Assembly: GCF_963921235.1 (NCBI RefSeq)
Contig: NC_086108.1
Coordinates: 45,882,001-45,946,000, forward strand
Origin: Mobula hypostoma
Taxonomy: Eukaryota
DNA: 64,000 nt
Reading direction: 5' to 3'
Position numbers and translations under genes: made by a program. Every line of letters begins with the position of its first letter. Position 1 is the first letter of the stretch. A model generated the notes under the pieces. That model had not been told where the DNA came from. It made no database searches and saw only the letters and a program-made list of their open reading frames with translations. Positions 1 to 12,956 of this stretch are shown piece by piece.

Positions 1-2134
1 TCGCTGATGGGCAATGTGTGTAATTCTCAAATTATATACATGTTTTTCTCTCTGTCCGATCTCTGCAGTCCCCAGGCACTTCTCTATCCTTTCTCAATCC
101 AGACTGTGAGGCATCAAGACATTTAGTATTTTCTATCAGTCGAACAACATTTTGAGATGATTTGCATGATATCAATTCTTCTAACACTACTGCACTGAAA
201 TATTTTTGAAAACCTTATGGAATTGCAGGTTTGGTGGGTTTTTAACATTCAAGTCTTAAACCATGAAACTGTGATAGGTGGCTTGGAAAAGAGAAATAGA
301 TGAAATAATTGCACTTGTGGCTTGCAAGTCTCTTTTAGGTTCCTAATGTAGCTCCTGATTTGAAGGTTTTCTTTTGTTCTTAGGGAGGCTATAGAGTAAT
401 TAAAGTGATTTCTTGTGTCTTGGGAAAACATTTTGGAAAAGAGGGTACGTTAAAAGGTATTATTGAAATTTTCTGGACTCTGAAGGGATTTGTTAAAACG
501 GATCCAGCCAAATTTATTTCCCAATGAAACAGGGCATAGCTACCGGTACAAGTTTTAAAAGTGGAATAGTGGATGAGTTTTACCAAAAGGATAAGAGATT
601 TGTGAAATCAGTTGCTAGGAAGTTGTCAGAATGTGAATGGTGACATGATATTTGCATGTACTGTACTTCTATGAATGGATTAGTTTGATTTTAGTGGAAC
701 GTGAAACCACAATCAACCAAATAATGGCTAATAAATAGTGACTAGTAAAAAATATTTTTTGTTTAATTTGTTACCTTCTCTTCAGCAATCTGTGTGTTTA
801 TTTTTATTCAGCCCCATGCTCGCTGCCTTATGTTTGTTATCACATGATGCACTAGTAGGGTGGATTCTGATGATAACCAAGTTGCCCAGGTGACACAGTG
901 GCAACTGGAAAGCCTCCATGTAGCTGGGGTCTGCATAGTATAGCAATACAATAACGGGTAGCTAAGAAACATGCTTTTGAATCTGACCTTGCTGCAGAAA
1001 GTTTAAGCACGAGGTTGTGAGGCTTCCATAGTGCCATTTGTTCCACTGTAGTCAAGCTTTCTGGCCTCCAATTTAACTCGTATTAGACATAGTTCACGCA
1101 CAGTTATTGAAGGCTTGAAATGGGAAATGTGATTTGCTTGGGGGGGGGTGGGAGGTGGAGTTCTCATTGTAATGTAGCACTACATTCACACCGAGCTAAA
1201 AGATGCGTCCTCTTTTTATTTCCTTGACCCGTTTGAGTTTCATGCATTATTTCATTTGAATAGCAAGTATTCAAATGAACTTCTTTTGCCTCTCATAGAC
1301 CCTGCTTTCTGCCGGCCCCAAAGCCTGTCTGCAGTTCAAGGCCAAATGTGGCTCTTGTATGCTGCAACTTGCTCTCAACAAGCTCAACGTACAACTGGAA
1401 TGAAATCAATGACCTTCCTAGTGAGACTATACTTTATTTTAGCAATGTAATAACCTGTAAACGCTGTTCATTTTCTTAAGAAAGGTTCCTTTCCCACTGA
1501 TATTTCTCCTGCTGTAATATTTGTAAAGCGGACCGAGGTTTAAAGCTCTTTGTGCTCAGTTACAATATGCTAATACATATTACTGTATTTGCAGTTTCCT
1601 ACTTTTCCTGAGTGGGTTTTGGGAAATCATGGTGTAAAATATTGCCAAACAAATCAAGGAAAAAGTTGAGAGATGGGAGTGGAGGGAGAGACTCACAGTT
1701 TGAGCTGTGGTATGTGCTGAGTCAGCAGAGAGTGCAGTTGTTAATACTGAAACCCCTACAACTGAAACAGACACGTTTATTGTGCCTCATCACTGGCCAT
1801 ATTTTTCTGGTTGTCAGCTATAATGCACAGCACAGTATATCCATACCCTTGTGCAAGATTCAGGGGCAACTAAAGAAAGGGGCTGGACAAGTAACCTTCC
1901 TGTTTATAAATGAAATAGTAGAACAGCTTTGTTATTGGTTGAAGTTAGCAGCAGGTCACCGAGTTTCATGAGAACTTGCCACACCCTTTAAAAGAAAACT
2001 GAAGTGAAAATTCCCTCTTCCCATCAGCAGCTGTGAAAATGCTGTTATCCCACAGCTTTAGCTTAAAAGATGGGTTCTGAAAGTGTCTGGTTCTGCAGCA
2101 TTAGCGACAATATGAAATCACAAAGCGTCAAAGG

Positions 2135-2365
2135 TGTTGTAATATGAGCATAATTAAAAGTAAGTTAATACTAATTAGGATATCATGGTTGGGGTCTACT
2201 TCCGTTTGTTGTTCTAACGGTGGCCCTCCTTTACATAGTGTTCCCGCCATGCCGTATGGGTTGTGAAACCTTCTGTACATACATAACATTTTGAAGTTCG
2301 AGATAAAGTTGTTTCTGTGGCATGAAGTCGTCGAGTGTGCCTTTTTCAAAGTAGAAGTTACCACA
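2135..2365 (+). repeat. 5' LTR (231 bp)
   Basis: TGTTGTAA...TTACCACA; direct repeat of 6589-6816. Confidence 0.93.
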
Positions 2366-2371
2366 TATTTT

Positions 2372-2382
2372 TGGTGACGAGG
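2372..2382 (+). promoter_or_regulatory. Primer binding site, probably tRNA-Ser(GCU)
   Basis: TGGTGACGAGG just after the 5' LTR; one transition away from TGGCGACGAGG, the complement of the tRNA-Ser(GCU) 3' end as recalled. Confidence 0.7.
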
Positions 2383-2440
2383 TGAACTGGTTTTGTGAAC
2401 GTATCAGCACATTTTTTGAACGGGAGTTTTCGTGTTCAAT

Positions 2441-5400
2441 ATGGCTACGTTTGGAACTATCTGTGAATTCCTGGAAGAAGCCGAGGACTGGCTGGAGTAT
2501 GAGGAAAGGTTGGGACACTTTTTCTGTGCTAATGGAATTACGGAGGAGGCTAAGAAGCACTCTATTCTCCTGAGTGTGGGGGGGGTAAAGACTTACAAGC
2601 TAATAGGGAATTTAGCTGCATCGCAGAAACCGGGGGAAGTTCCATTTGATGAACTAGTGAAAATTGTGGGGAACCGTTTTAATCTGAAACCTTCTGTGAT
2701 AGTCCAACGGTGTAAGTTTCACAGCAGTTTCAGGAAGCCAGGTCAGTCTGTGGCCAATTTTGTGGCCGAGCTTCGGCAACTGTCGGAGCATTGAGATTTC
2801 GGAGCGGTGTTGGAAGACGTGCTCTGTGATCAATTGGTATGAGGCATTAATAATGCCGACATACAACGCCGCCTGTTAGGGGAAACCCCACTGCTGACTT
2901 TCAAGAAAGCCTTAGAGATTGCCCAAGGCATGGAGATGGCTGCTAATAATATTAAGGATATCGGGTCGCAGTCAGCGGCAGTGCACCAAGTCAGGAGGGA
3001 GACTGGTAAAACAGGCAAATTGGGTGGAATGTTTCCGATTTGTACCATGCAAATGATTGCAAATTTAAAGACTCTGTCTGCCATGCTTGTAGCAAAAAGG
3101 GACATTTAGCTAGAAAATGCAGAAGTTCAAAGGGTAAAGTTAAGCCTGGGCAGGGGAAAGCCCAACAGGCTCAGGCAGCCACACACCATCTAGAAGATGC
3201 AGATGAAGAGACAGCGTGTGCCTACAACATGTTTGGAGTGGAAACGGATGAGGAACCACCTGAACCATATTATGCCACAGTCACTGTCAGGGGAAAGGAC
3301 GTTAAGTTTGAGATTGATTCAGGAGCTACTGCATCAGTCATTAGTGAGGAGACCTACAGGAGGACATAGGGGTCCAACCTGCCTCCCATTAGACCGTCAA
3401 AGCTCAAACTTAGGACCTATATGGGGCAGCCCGTACTTCATTTAGGGGTGTTAAATGTGGACATTTCAGCAGGGGGTCAGAAGGCTGAAGCCAGGCTAGT
3501 GATAGCTCAGGGCAGAGGGCCCACTCTTTTGGGTCGCGATTGGCTTTGCAAAATCCGGCTAAACTGGCATGAAATTAAGTCTGCACACACAACAGAGGAT
3601 ATTCTGCAGCGGTACAGTGACGTTTTCAGGGACGAGCTGGGAACACTGAAGGGCGTGAGAGTGAAACTTCATGTCAACCCTGAGGCTACACCATGTGTTT
3701 TTAAGCCCAGGTCGTTGCCCTATGCCATGAAAGGCAAAGTCAAGGAGGAGCTGGAACGTTTACAGAGGCTGGGCATTATTGAGCCCGTCCAGTTTTCAAG
3801 GTGGGCGGCTCCCATTGTTTCAGTTTTGAAGGCAGACAAAACGGTGAGGATATGTGGGAATTATAAGTTTACGGTGAATCAGGCCTCTAGGCCGGAGGAG
3901 TACCCATTGCCTCGGGTGGATGACCTGTTTGCAACCCTGTCGGGGGGTAAGCTGTTCACAAAGCTGGACATGAGCCACACCTACCAACAGCTGCTGCTCG
4001 ACGAGGATTCAAAGGAGTACGTCACAATTAATACGCACAAGGGATTATTCAAGTACAATCGCCTGGTGTTTGGAGTGGCATCCAGCCCTGCCATTTTCCA
4101 AAGGACAATGGACACTTTGCTGCAGGGGATTCTGCACGTAGCAGTGTACCTTGATGATAGTTTGATCATGGGAGCTACAAATGCGGAGCATCTGGCTAAC
4201 TTAGAACGGGTGCTGAAGAGGCTCTCAGACGCAGGGCTACGGTTCAAACATGGAAAATGTGTGTTCCTGGCATCGAGTGTGACTTACCTGGGACACAAGA
4301 TCACAGCTGAGGGGCTTTGCCCCGTGGAGGACAAAGTGAGAGCTATTAAGGAAGCCCCAAGCCCCAAGACCGTCACGGAACTCAGATCATTTTTGGGCAT
4401 AGTGAATTATTATGGCAAGTCTCTTCCTGACCTTTCAAGGGTTTTGACCCCCTGTATAAACTGCTTCACAATGACACTAAGTGGCAATGGGGTGGAGAGC
4501 AGAGAAAGCTTTCAAGGAAGTGAAAGAACTCCTCCAGTCAGCGAAGCTGCTTGTTCACTATGACCCAGACAAGGAGATCACCCTGGCATGCGATGCCTCG
4601 CCCTATGGAGTCGGGGCAGTTCTCTCACATGTAATGGAGGACCGTTCAGAGAAGCCTATTGGTTTTGCTTCACGTACCCTGACAGCTGCAGAGAGGAGAT
4701 ATTCACAGCTGGACAAAGAAGGTCTGGCCATTGTTTTTGCAGTCAAACGCTTTCATCAGTACTTTTATGGGAGTGTATTTACAATTTATACGGACCATAA
4801 CCCACTGATGAGCCTGTTCAGTGAGACTAGAGGCATCCCATCGCTAGCCTCAGCCAGGATAAAGCATTGGGCTCTTACTTTGTCAGCCTACTAGTACACT
4901 ATAGTGTACAGAGCGGGTGGGAATAATGCAAATGCTGATGCACTGAGTCGACTACCTTTACCTGAGACACCTGTTACTACATATGTGCCTCCAGAGACTG
5001 TGTTTACATTGGAGAGGTTGTCAGAGACACCTGTAAAGGCGACCCAGATCAAGCAGTGGACAGAGAGGGACCCAGTCCTGTCCCAAGTCGAGACTTTTCT
5101 TTTACAAGGTTGGCCCAGAGTCATGGAAAGAGAGGAACTGAGGCCTTATGCCAAACGCAAGACAGAACTCAGTCCGCAGGATGACTGAATTTTCTGGGGG
5201 GCAAGGGTCATCGTGCCTTCCCCTGGCCGTTCACAGATTATGGAGGAAATTCATGAGGCTCACCCAGGAGTGTCTCGAATGAAAAGCCTTGCAAGATCCT
5301 ACGTTTGGTGGCCAGGAATGGATCAGGATCTGGAGAACAATGTAAAATCATGCATGCAGTGTCAGACTAATCAGAAAATGCCACCACCAGCTCCTTTGCA

Positions 5401-6399
5401 TCCATGGGAGTGGCCAGACCACCTCTGGTCTAGGCTACATTTGGACTTTGCTGGCCCTTTTATGGGGCAGGTGTTTCTTGTAATGGTGGATGCACATTCT
5501 AAATGGATCGAAGCTCACATCATGAACAACATCACTTCCCCTCAACCATAGACAAACTCAGGCAAGTGTTTGCAGTCCACGGGCTATCTGACACTCTGGT
5601 CACAGAAAATGGCCCGACGTTCACTAGTGAACTCTTCAGTGAGTTCATGCGGCAGAATGGCATTCATCACATTCAGACGGCCCCTTTCCACCCAGCCTCC
5701 GATGGTTTGGCTGAGCGGGCAGTTCAGACAGTGAAGGAAGGCCTGAAGTGGATGACAGGGGATTCTCTTAGCATTTGGCTTTCACGTTTCCTGTTTAAAT
5801 ACCGCCTCACGCCACAGACTACGACTGCCTGCACTCCAGCAGAGATGCTGATGGGGCGTAGGCCCAAGTCAAGATTGGACCTGCTGCGCCCGGACATGAA
5901 GGCGAAAGTGGAGAGAAAGCAGGAAAAGCAGAAGGAGGGACATGATCAACATGCGCGAGAGAGGCAGTTAAAACCAGATGACAATGTCTATGTGAGAAAT
6001 AATCAGCAATGGCTGCCTGGGGTTATTCTTAAGCAGAGTGGTCCCGTCTCCTATGTTGTTAAGCTGACTGATGGGCGTGTTTTCCGCAGACATCAGGACC
6101 ATGTGCGTCTGCGTCATGATACCGGCTCAGAGGCAGACAGTTCCATGGAGTTTCCATTTGTGAGACAGACTACGGTGGAAGCATGTCCACCAGTGACCTT
6201 GCCAGAGGGCGAGACGCTGGCAGAGGGGTCGAGGTCCCCTGAGGAGGATGGACATTCTCACGCAGCCACACAGACCCCTCTCATGCCCCCAACACCAGAT
6301 CCACCCAAAACACCCTCACCAGCAGTTCCTGCTGGGTCACTGGGAGTAGCGCGCAGATCACAGCGCACGTGTAAACCTCCTGACAGACTGTATCTTTGA
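2441..6399 (+). pseudogene. Gypsy gag-pol, disrupted by several stops and frameshifts
   Basis: ORF pieces contain a CCHC knuckle (CHACSKKGHLARKC), protease DSG, RT YLDD, RNase H CDAS, integrase HHCC and LHLDFAGP/AERAVQT. In-frame stops end pieces at 2794, 3369, 4894 and 5188; frameshifts near 3040, 4450 and 5545. Confidence 0.92.
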
Positions 6400-6588
6400 T
6401 GGGACAGTTTATTTGGTGTTGTTAGATTGAATGTTGAATCTGTCATGATTTCCAGATGTTTTGTATTGGTAAACTGTTGCTAAGGTACTAGTATAAGTTT
6501 TCAGGGGTATGCAAGTTAATAACACCACTGTTTTTTTTATTTCCTTGTGTTTTACATTTGGGGATGTTGGATTTTAAAGGGGCAGAAG

Positions 6589-6816
6589 GGTTGTAATATG
6601 AGCGTAAAAGTAAGTTAATACTAATTAGGATATCATAGGGGGGGGTCTACTTCTGTTTGTTGTTCTTCTGGTGCCCCTCGTGTACATAGTGTCCCCGCCA
6701 TGCCGTACGGGTTGTGAAACCCTCTATATGTACGTAACGTTTTGAAGTTCGAGATAAAGTTGTTTCTTTGGCATGAAGTTGTCGAGTGTGCCTTTTTCAA
6801 AGTAGAAGTTACCACA
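6589..6816 (+). repeat. 3' LTR (228 bp), preceded by polypurine tract
   Basis: AAAGGGGCAGAAG tract immediately upstream; first base is G instead of T; ends TTACCACA. Confidence 0.92.
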
Positions 6817-7539
6817 AAAGGCACTTAAAATAATAACCCATTTAGAACATTTGTTTAAAATGCCTATTACAAATGTATGCTGGTTGGATACGAAACCATG
6901 GATATTCCTCTAGTAATTTGAGAGGAAAATGTTAGTGTCATGTGAAACCGGGCAGAGAGGTCTTATCACAGCCACTTATGATTGTCCTTCATCTGCTCCT
7001 TCCTTGTCTTTTGTTTTATTTTTTAATTATGGTAATTTTTATGTTCTTATGCTGTACTGCTGCCACAACACAGCAAATTTGACAACATGTCCGTGATAAT
7101 AAGCCTGATTCTAATTTGATTTGTTTTTCACACTGGTGGGGAGGAACTACTGTAGGTGCAACCTGAGCCTGTTGCTAGTCCATTGCCATGTCCCCACTGC
7201 AAGCCTGCCGAGGTCTGCACCAGCTTTGAGAAGAAACGTATACTTAATGGCACTGACTAGTCTAGGCAAAAGGATCAGTTGCAGAGAAAAGCTAGTAATC
7301 GCCTCATGCTTGGAAGGTCTGGATAAAGCTACTGTAAGGGAATTCCCCTCATTCTTGTGAGGGTCCCAGGTGAGGATTTTCAATCAAGTGATGATTCATT
7401 TAGTATGGAAGCGCACTCTTGTGCACAGAGTCCTTCCGTCCTTTAGTGGCATGATGCAGCTCCAGCACTGGCTGGGTTGCAGATTGTGGGGGAGCGTGTA
7501 GCTGGGTTGGATTGAGATTAAGTTGTGGTGAGCAGCAGT

Positions 7540-8585
7540 TTGTGGTGGCATTAGGCCAGGGATGGAACTGAGATGCATTGTGAGTCATTGTGCACGCTGG
7601 CCCAAATGATGCAGACAGAGCAAGGGATAAGTTACTGCAGAGTGAATTTAAGGAGCAGGTGAAGAAGCTAAAAACCAGGACCTCAGGGGAAGTAATCTTT
7701 TGATTGCTTCCAGTGCCAAGTACTAGTGAGAGTAAGGGTAGGAGAGAGTGCCAAATGAGTGTGTGGCTGAAAAATTAGTGTGGGGGATTCAGATGTTTTG
7801 ATCTTTGGGATCGTTTCTGAGGCAGAGGTGACCTGTACAAGTGGGATGGGTGGCTTTAAACTAGGTTGGCAGGCGATTGATCTATAACATCAGGGAAATA
7901 AATGAGAGACTGGAAAGTGATGCAGAAGTCACTGGCAGCCTTGAAAAGATTTGACAAGCAGGGGAATGGCCAGGATTGGGCAATGCTTGACCTAGACTTG
8001 GGTAATAGGCCGGAGCAATTGACTGAGGTGACAGTGGGGGAGCACTTTGGGACCAGGGATCATAGTTTATTTAGTTTTAAAAGAGTTACGGAAAGAGAAA
8101 GAACTGATCCACAAATTGAAGTGTTTCGACAGTATATTGGAGGAGGTTGTTTGTAGCTAAAGGGTCGACAGGCAAGTGAGAGGCTTTTAAAGGTGAGATA
8201 GTGATAGTGAGGAGTAGCGAATCCTGGATTATGAGGGATTTTGTGACCCTGGCCAGGAATAAGGAGGCACGTGTCAGGTGCAGGTATCTGGAATCAAGTG
8301 AATCTCCGGAGTAGTACCAGAGATGCAGAAGTGTACTCGAGGAGGGAAAAGGGGGGCATGAGTTATTTTTGGCAGAGAAGATTAAGGAAGATCCAAAGAG
8401 ATTTTATACGTTAATGGGAAAAGGTAACTTGAGAGAATAAGGCCTCTCAAAGACCGTAGGGAATTCATGTGGAGCTGCAGGAGATATGGGAAGGACCTTA
8501 TTTCTCCTCTGTTTTTAGACATGAATACATTGGAACTAGGAAAAGGTAAGTGAGGTGGTCTTAGAGATGGTTTAGAGGAGGAGCC
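7540..8585 (+). mobile_element. Old, heavily deleted CR1-like LINE fragments (ORF1 esterase-like and endonuclease region)
   Basis: Remnant peptides such as AMLDLDLGNRPEQLTEVTVGEHFGTRDH; boundaries approximate. Confidence 0.6.
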
Positions 8586-9159
8586 CGTCATAACCCTATA
8601 TTTCCACGGTTTCTGGAAAGATTGCCAGGATCCTGGAGAAATACTGGATAAATACCATCCACAAACCCTTGAGGAAGTTCAGATCCTAGTTTATGTGTGT
8701 GGAAGATGACCTGGGGCTCAGGTTGGCTGGTACTTGCATGATTCCATGTGAATGGTGGGGGCAGTGTATATCTCCTTCCAAAAAGTAAACTGCGACATTT
8801 GAAAGCTCTGACTCCATTTGCCTGATTTTTGACTGTTTTAATCTGTTACATTCAAAGTAAATTTATTATCGAAGAAAATATGTCACCATATACAACCCTG
8901 AGATTTATTTTCTTGTGGGTATACACAGTAAATCTAAGAAACACAATAGAGTCAATGAAAGATCGCACCCAACAGGATGAACAAACTAGTACAAAAGACA
9001 ATTGTGTAACTACAAAAGAGAGAAAAGAAAATGATGTTGCTACTACTCTGCACTACGTATCCTGGATAATTGTTATTTCCTGAGAGCCCTGAATGGGCAG
9101 CTTAGGGATCTATTATATCTTTTTGCAATAAATACTAAATTCTTAATTAAGTTGGGAAA

Positions 9160-9968
9160 TGTATGATAATGCATTTTGGTAAACGGAACAGTAGTGTGGA
9201 CTATTATCTAAATGGGGAGAACGTTCAAAAATCAGAGGTGCAGAGGGACTTAGGAACCCTCATGCAAGGCTCCCAGAGGGTTAATTTACAGGTTGAGTCT
9301 GTGGTGAAGAAGGCAAATGCAATGCTGGCATTTATTTCAAGGGGACTAGAATATAAAAGCAAGGAGGTAATGCTGAGGCTTTATAAGACGCTAGTCAGGT
9401 TGCACTTGGAGTTTTGTCAACAGGTTTGGGCACCACATCTCAGAAAGGATATGTTATCATTGGAGACAGTCCAGAGGAGGTTCACGTTAATGATTCAGGA
9501 AATGAAAGGGTTCACATTTGAGGAGTGTTTGGCAGCTTTGGGCCTGTAGGCACTGGAATTTAGAAGAATGTTGGAGGGGATCTCATTGAAACTTACCGAA
9601 TGTTGAAAGGAGTAGAGAGGGTGGATGTGGAGAGGATGTTTCCTGTCGTGGGGGTATCCAGAACTAGAGGGCACAGCCTCAAAACTGAGAGCAGCCTTTT
9701 AGAACAGAAGTAAGGAGGATTTTTTTTTAGCCGGAGAATAGTGAATCTGTGAATGCTCTGCCACAGACTGTGGTGGAGGCCAAGTCCATGGCTATATTTA
9801 AGGCACAATTTGATAGTTTCCTGATTGATCAAGGCATCAAAGGATATGGCGAGAAGACAGGTGTACGGGGTTGAGAGGGAGCCAGGATCAGCCATGGTGG
9901 AATGGCAGAGCAGACTTGATGGGCTGAATGGCCTAATTCTGCTTGTAAGTCTTATGGTCCTATGGTCT
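9160..9968 (+). mobile_element. CR1 LINE 3' fragment
   Basis: MHFGKRN...VQRDLG...LYKTLVRLHLEFCQQVWAPHLRKD...VQRRFT; CR1-type 3' tail with (TATGGTC) repeats. Confidence 0.88.
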
Positions 9969-10537
9969 AATTTAAGTTATCAGTTACAGTCAGGAGCCTT
10001 GAAGCAGGGTTTCACCCTGATTGTGAGTTAACTTTATGCTACATTTAGTCCTTTTGCGAAGTCAGGCAACCCCTTCCTCTCCTCTCAAAAGTGATGTAGA
10101 AAATTGGGGAATGACCATTTTATAAAAAAAGACTTTATGTTTTTTAAAGGGTGTTTTTTAAAAAAAAAAATCTTTACAGTGTTTTAAACACAGCTGGCAT
10201 TGTCTGCAGTGATTGTAAGTACTCTGACTTTGACCTGGGTTAAAGGGAAGTGAAAAGTGCTCTAAGACAGTATTTTCTTTCATCTCCAGCAGCAGTCTTT
10301 TCTTTTGCTGCCCTGGCTGCCATCAAAATGAAGGAAAATGCAGCAGGAAACGCGTGACTTTAGTATGTGTGATCACGACCCCAGTGTCCTCCACTGTTGG
10401 CCCATTTTGAATACCTATGTCAGGATGCTGTTTATTGACTGTAGTTCAACATATACAGGTGTCCCTCGCTTTTCGAACATTCGCTTTACGAAACCTCACT
10501 GTTACGAAAGACCTACATTAGTACCCTGTTTTCGCTT

Positions 10538-11396
10538 TGTTACGGGAATACACATAAAATTAAGGTGTTTGCTGGCCTGGGCTAGCATCAGTGGCATCAG
10601 CAGTTGGTCTGCCACCTGCCCTCAGGGGAAGGAGAGATAAGGAACAATGGAGCAGCGTCTGGAGATGTGTAATGAAGGGATGTGGGAGGAAGAGCTGTCT
10701 GGAGCGGCTCCCCCCTTTGAACCCTGAACTGTTTGAAGTGATGGACAGGCGATACCCCAGCAGGGGGATAAAAAGGGACAGGTTCGCTAAGACAGACACA
10801 CACGCCACCCGAGGTAACGAGACCCTGGAAGCGGTGCGCCTCTCACGAGTGGTGAGAAGTACCGGACAACGCACAGGGTGGAAAGGTACGATCAGCGGGA
10901 ACCCGGTGTGTGTCCGCCCTTGCCTGGGTGCCGGGTTCACTGCAGAGGATCGACCGCATCTGGAGGAGGGGTCACAGTCGGTGACCTCAGGTGACATCAC
11001 CAAGGACCCGCCCAAAAACTGTTTGTGAGCCATCTTGCTGGTCTGTGAGTGAAGCCGTTCTGAATGATGAGTTGTTCCTATTCTATCTCTCTCTTCCCCC
11101 ACGTTGTCCACCGCCATGGCAACGATTACTGCGAACTGAACTACTAAACTGGACTGAACTTTGAGTCATTTTGAAATTGGTCATTTACCCCTAGACAACG
11201 ATAGAGCTTGATTGATGCTGTTATCTTAATTCTGTGCACATGTGTGTTTATCATCACTGAACTGTTGCATTTATTATCCTTTCGATTACTGTGTTGCTTG
11301 TTTCTGTAATAAAACTTTCTTAGTTCTAGTACTCCAGACTCCAACTGAGTGATCCATTTCTGCTGGTTTGGCAACCCAGTTACGGGGTACGTAACA
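10538..11396 (+). mobile_element. Solo LTR (859 bp) nested in the Tigger-like element
   Basis: TGTTACG...CGTAACA perfect 7-bp inverted ends, 4-bp TSD GCTT (10534-10537 / 11397-11400), AATAAA at 11308-11313. Confidence 0.88.
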
Positions 11397-12093
11397 GCTT
11401 TCAGAAGGTGTTTTCACTGTTACGAAAAAAAAGCAGCACACGATAAAAAAATTCAGCGCGTGAAAAAAATCAACACGTGATAAAAGGCAGCGCGCGCCCC
11501 GAGCAGCCCTTTGCAAGATGAGTTCTATAGTGTCGGAAAAGCCTAAAAGAGCTCGTAAGGGTGTTACACAGCGTAAAACTAGACATAATTAAGCATTTCG
11601 ATCATGATGAACGAAGTAAGGACACAGTGAGTTTGGCTTGTGGAAGCTGACGAACATGATGTTGAAGAGGTTTGGCATCCCGTGACTAAGAACTGATAGG
11701 TGAAGAGCTGATGCAATTGGAAGAGGAAAGGATAACAATCGAAACCGAATGCAGTAGCGAAATGAATGAAGCAACTGCGTAAGATTTTGGCTGCAATGAT
11801 AAGTACGACTTTAATTTTGAAAGGGTACGTAGGTTTAGGAGATATTTGCAGGATGGTTTGAGTGCTTACAAAGAACTGTATGACAGAAAAATGCGCGAGG
11901 CTCAGCAGTCAAGCAAGCCTTCCACATCAGCCACAGCAGATGACGAACTTCGACCTTCGACATCGAGGCGGGCAGTCATAGGAGAAGATGAGCTGCCTGC
12001 TCTAATGGAAATAGACAACGAGATGACATCCCGGTGTCCCACCACCCCAACACCCAGGCCGCGGACAGATACTGTACCGATTCGCAGAGAATG

Positions 12094-12325
12094 CAGCAGT
12101 AACTGGGAGGCACACAGCACATCTTTAAGAAAAAAGCCGAAATAAACATGCTAATTAATTAGGTGCCGCCCCACACTTAAATGTCGGCCCAGATCAGAGA
12201 TGATGCAATCGGAAATCGGCACTGATCTGGGCCGACAATTACGTGTCGGGTGGCACCTAATTAATTAGCATATTTATTTTGGCTTTTTTCTTAATGATGT
12301 GCTGGATGCCTCCCGGCTGCCGCTG
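12094..12325. repeat. Inverted repeat, about 104-bp arms with 24-nt spacer
   Basis: 12094-12197 is the near reverse complement of 12222-12325 (e.g. GCTAATTAATTAGGTGCC / GGCACCTAATTAATTAGC; TGTCGGCCCAGATCAG / CTGATCTGGGCCGACA). Confidence 0.9.
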
Positions 12326-12956
12326 GACCCCTGTGTTCTTCAGGGTTCGGTATCTGTCGGCGGCCTGGAAGGTGGGGCCATGGCACCACCCAGCCTGCGA
12401 CGACTCAGCCTAACACACCATCACCAGTCTGCTCGGTTCTGTCCTGATTCCGGTAAGTAATACTACACTGTACATACATTATTTCTACTTTATATCAGCT
12501 GTGTATTTTTATGTGTTATTTGGTATGATTTGGCAGCTTCATAGCTTAAAGGTTACTGGATAGAGTGTTCTTGCCAACAGCGCTTGCGTGAGATTTTCTG
12601 CCGACAGTGCTTGTGTGAGATTTTCGCTACGGAGAACAGTTCAGTAATGATTGTGGAAAAGTATTTCTACTTTATATAGGCTGTGTATTTATCATATCAT
12701 TCCTGCTTTTACTATGCGTTACTGTTATTTTAGGTTTTATGTGTTATTTGGCATGATTTGGTAGGTTATTTTTGGGTCTGCAAACGCTCACAAAATTTTC
12801 CCATATAAATAAATGGTAATGACTTCTTCACTTTACGACATTTCGGCTTACGAACCGTTTCATAGGAACGCTCTGCCTTCGGGTGGTGGGGGGAACCTGT
12901 ACTACCATCATTCCTATAGTACTGATTGAAAAGCTGCAGAATCTAGTCCTCTACCT

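Larger units (their letters stand above)
2135..6816 (+). mobile_element. Full-length Ty3/Gypsy LTR retrotransposon (K02A2.6-like/Mag-type), decayed
   Basis: Two LTRs (2135-2365, 6589-6816), 5-bp TSD AAAGG (2130-2134 / 6817-6821), PBS, PPT, and domain order gag-PR-RT-RH-IN. Confidence 0.95.
10456..12899 (+). mobile_element. Tigger/pogo-like (TcMar) internally deleted DNA transposon
   Basis: TA|CAGGTGTCCCTCGC...GGGGGAACCTG|TA with imperfect TIRs and TA duplication; transposase remnants near 11530-11600 (KPKRARK, VKLDIIKHF) and LSAYKELYDRK near 11860. Confidence 0.8.

Noticed and set aside
10560..11117. 185-aa and 145-aa ORFs on opposite strands
   Set aside because: They lie inside a GC-rich solo LTR and show no protein motifs.
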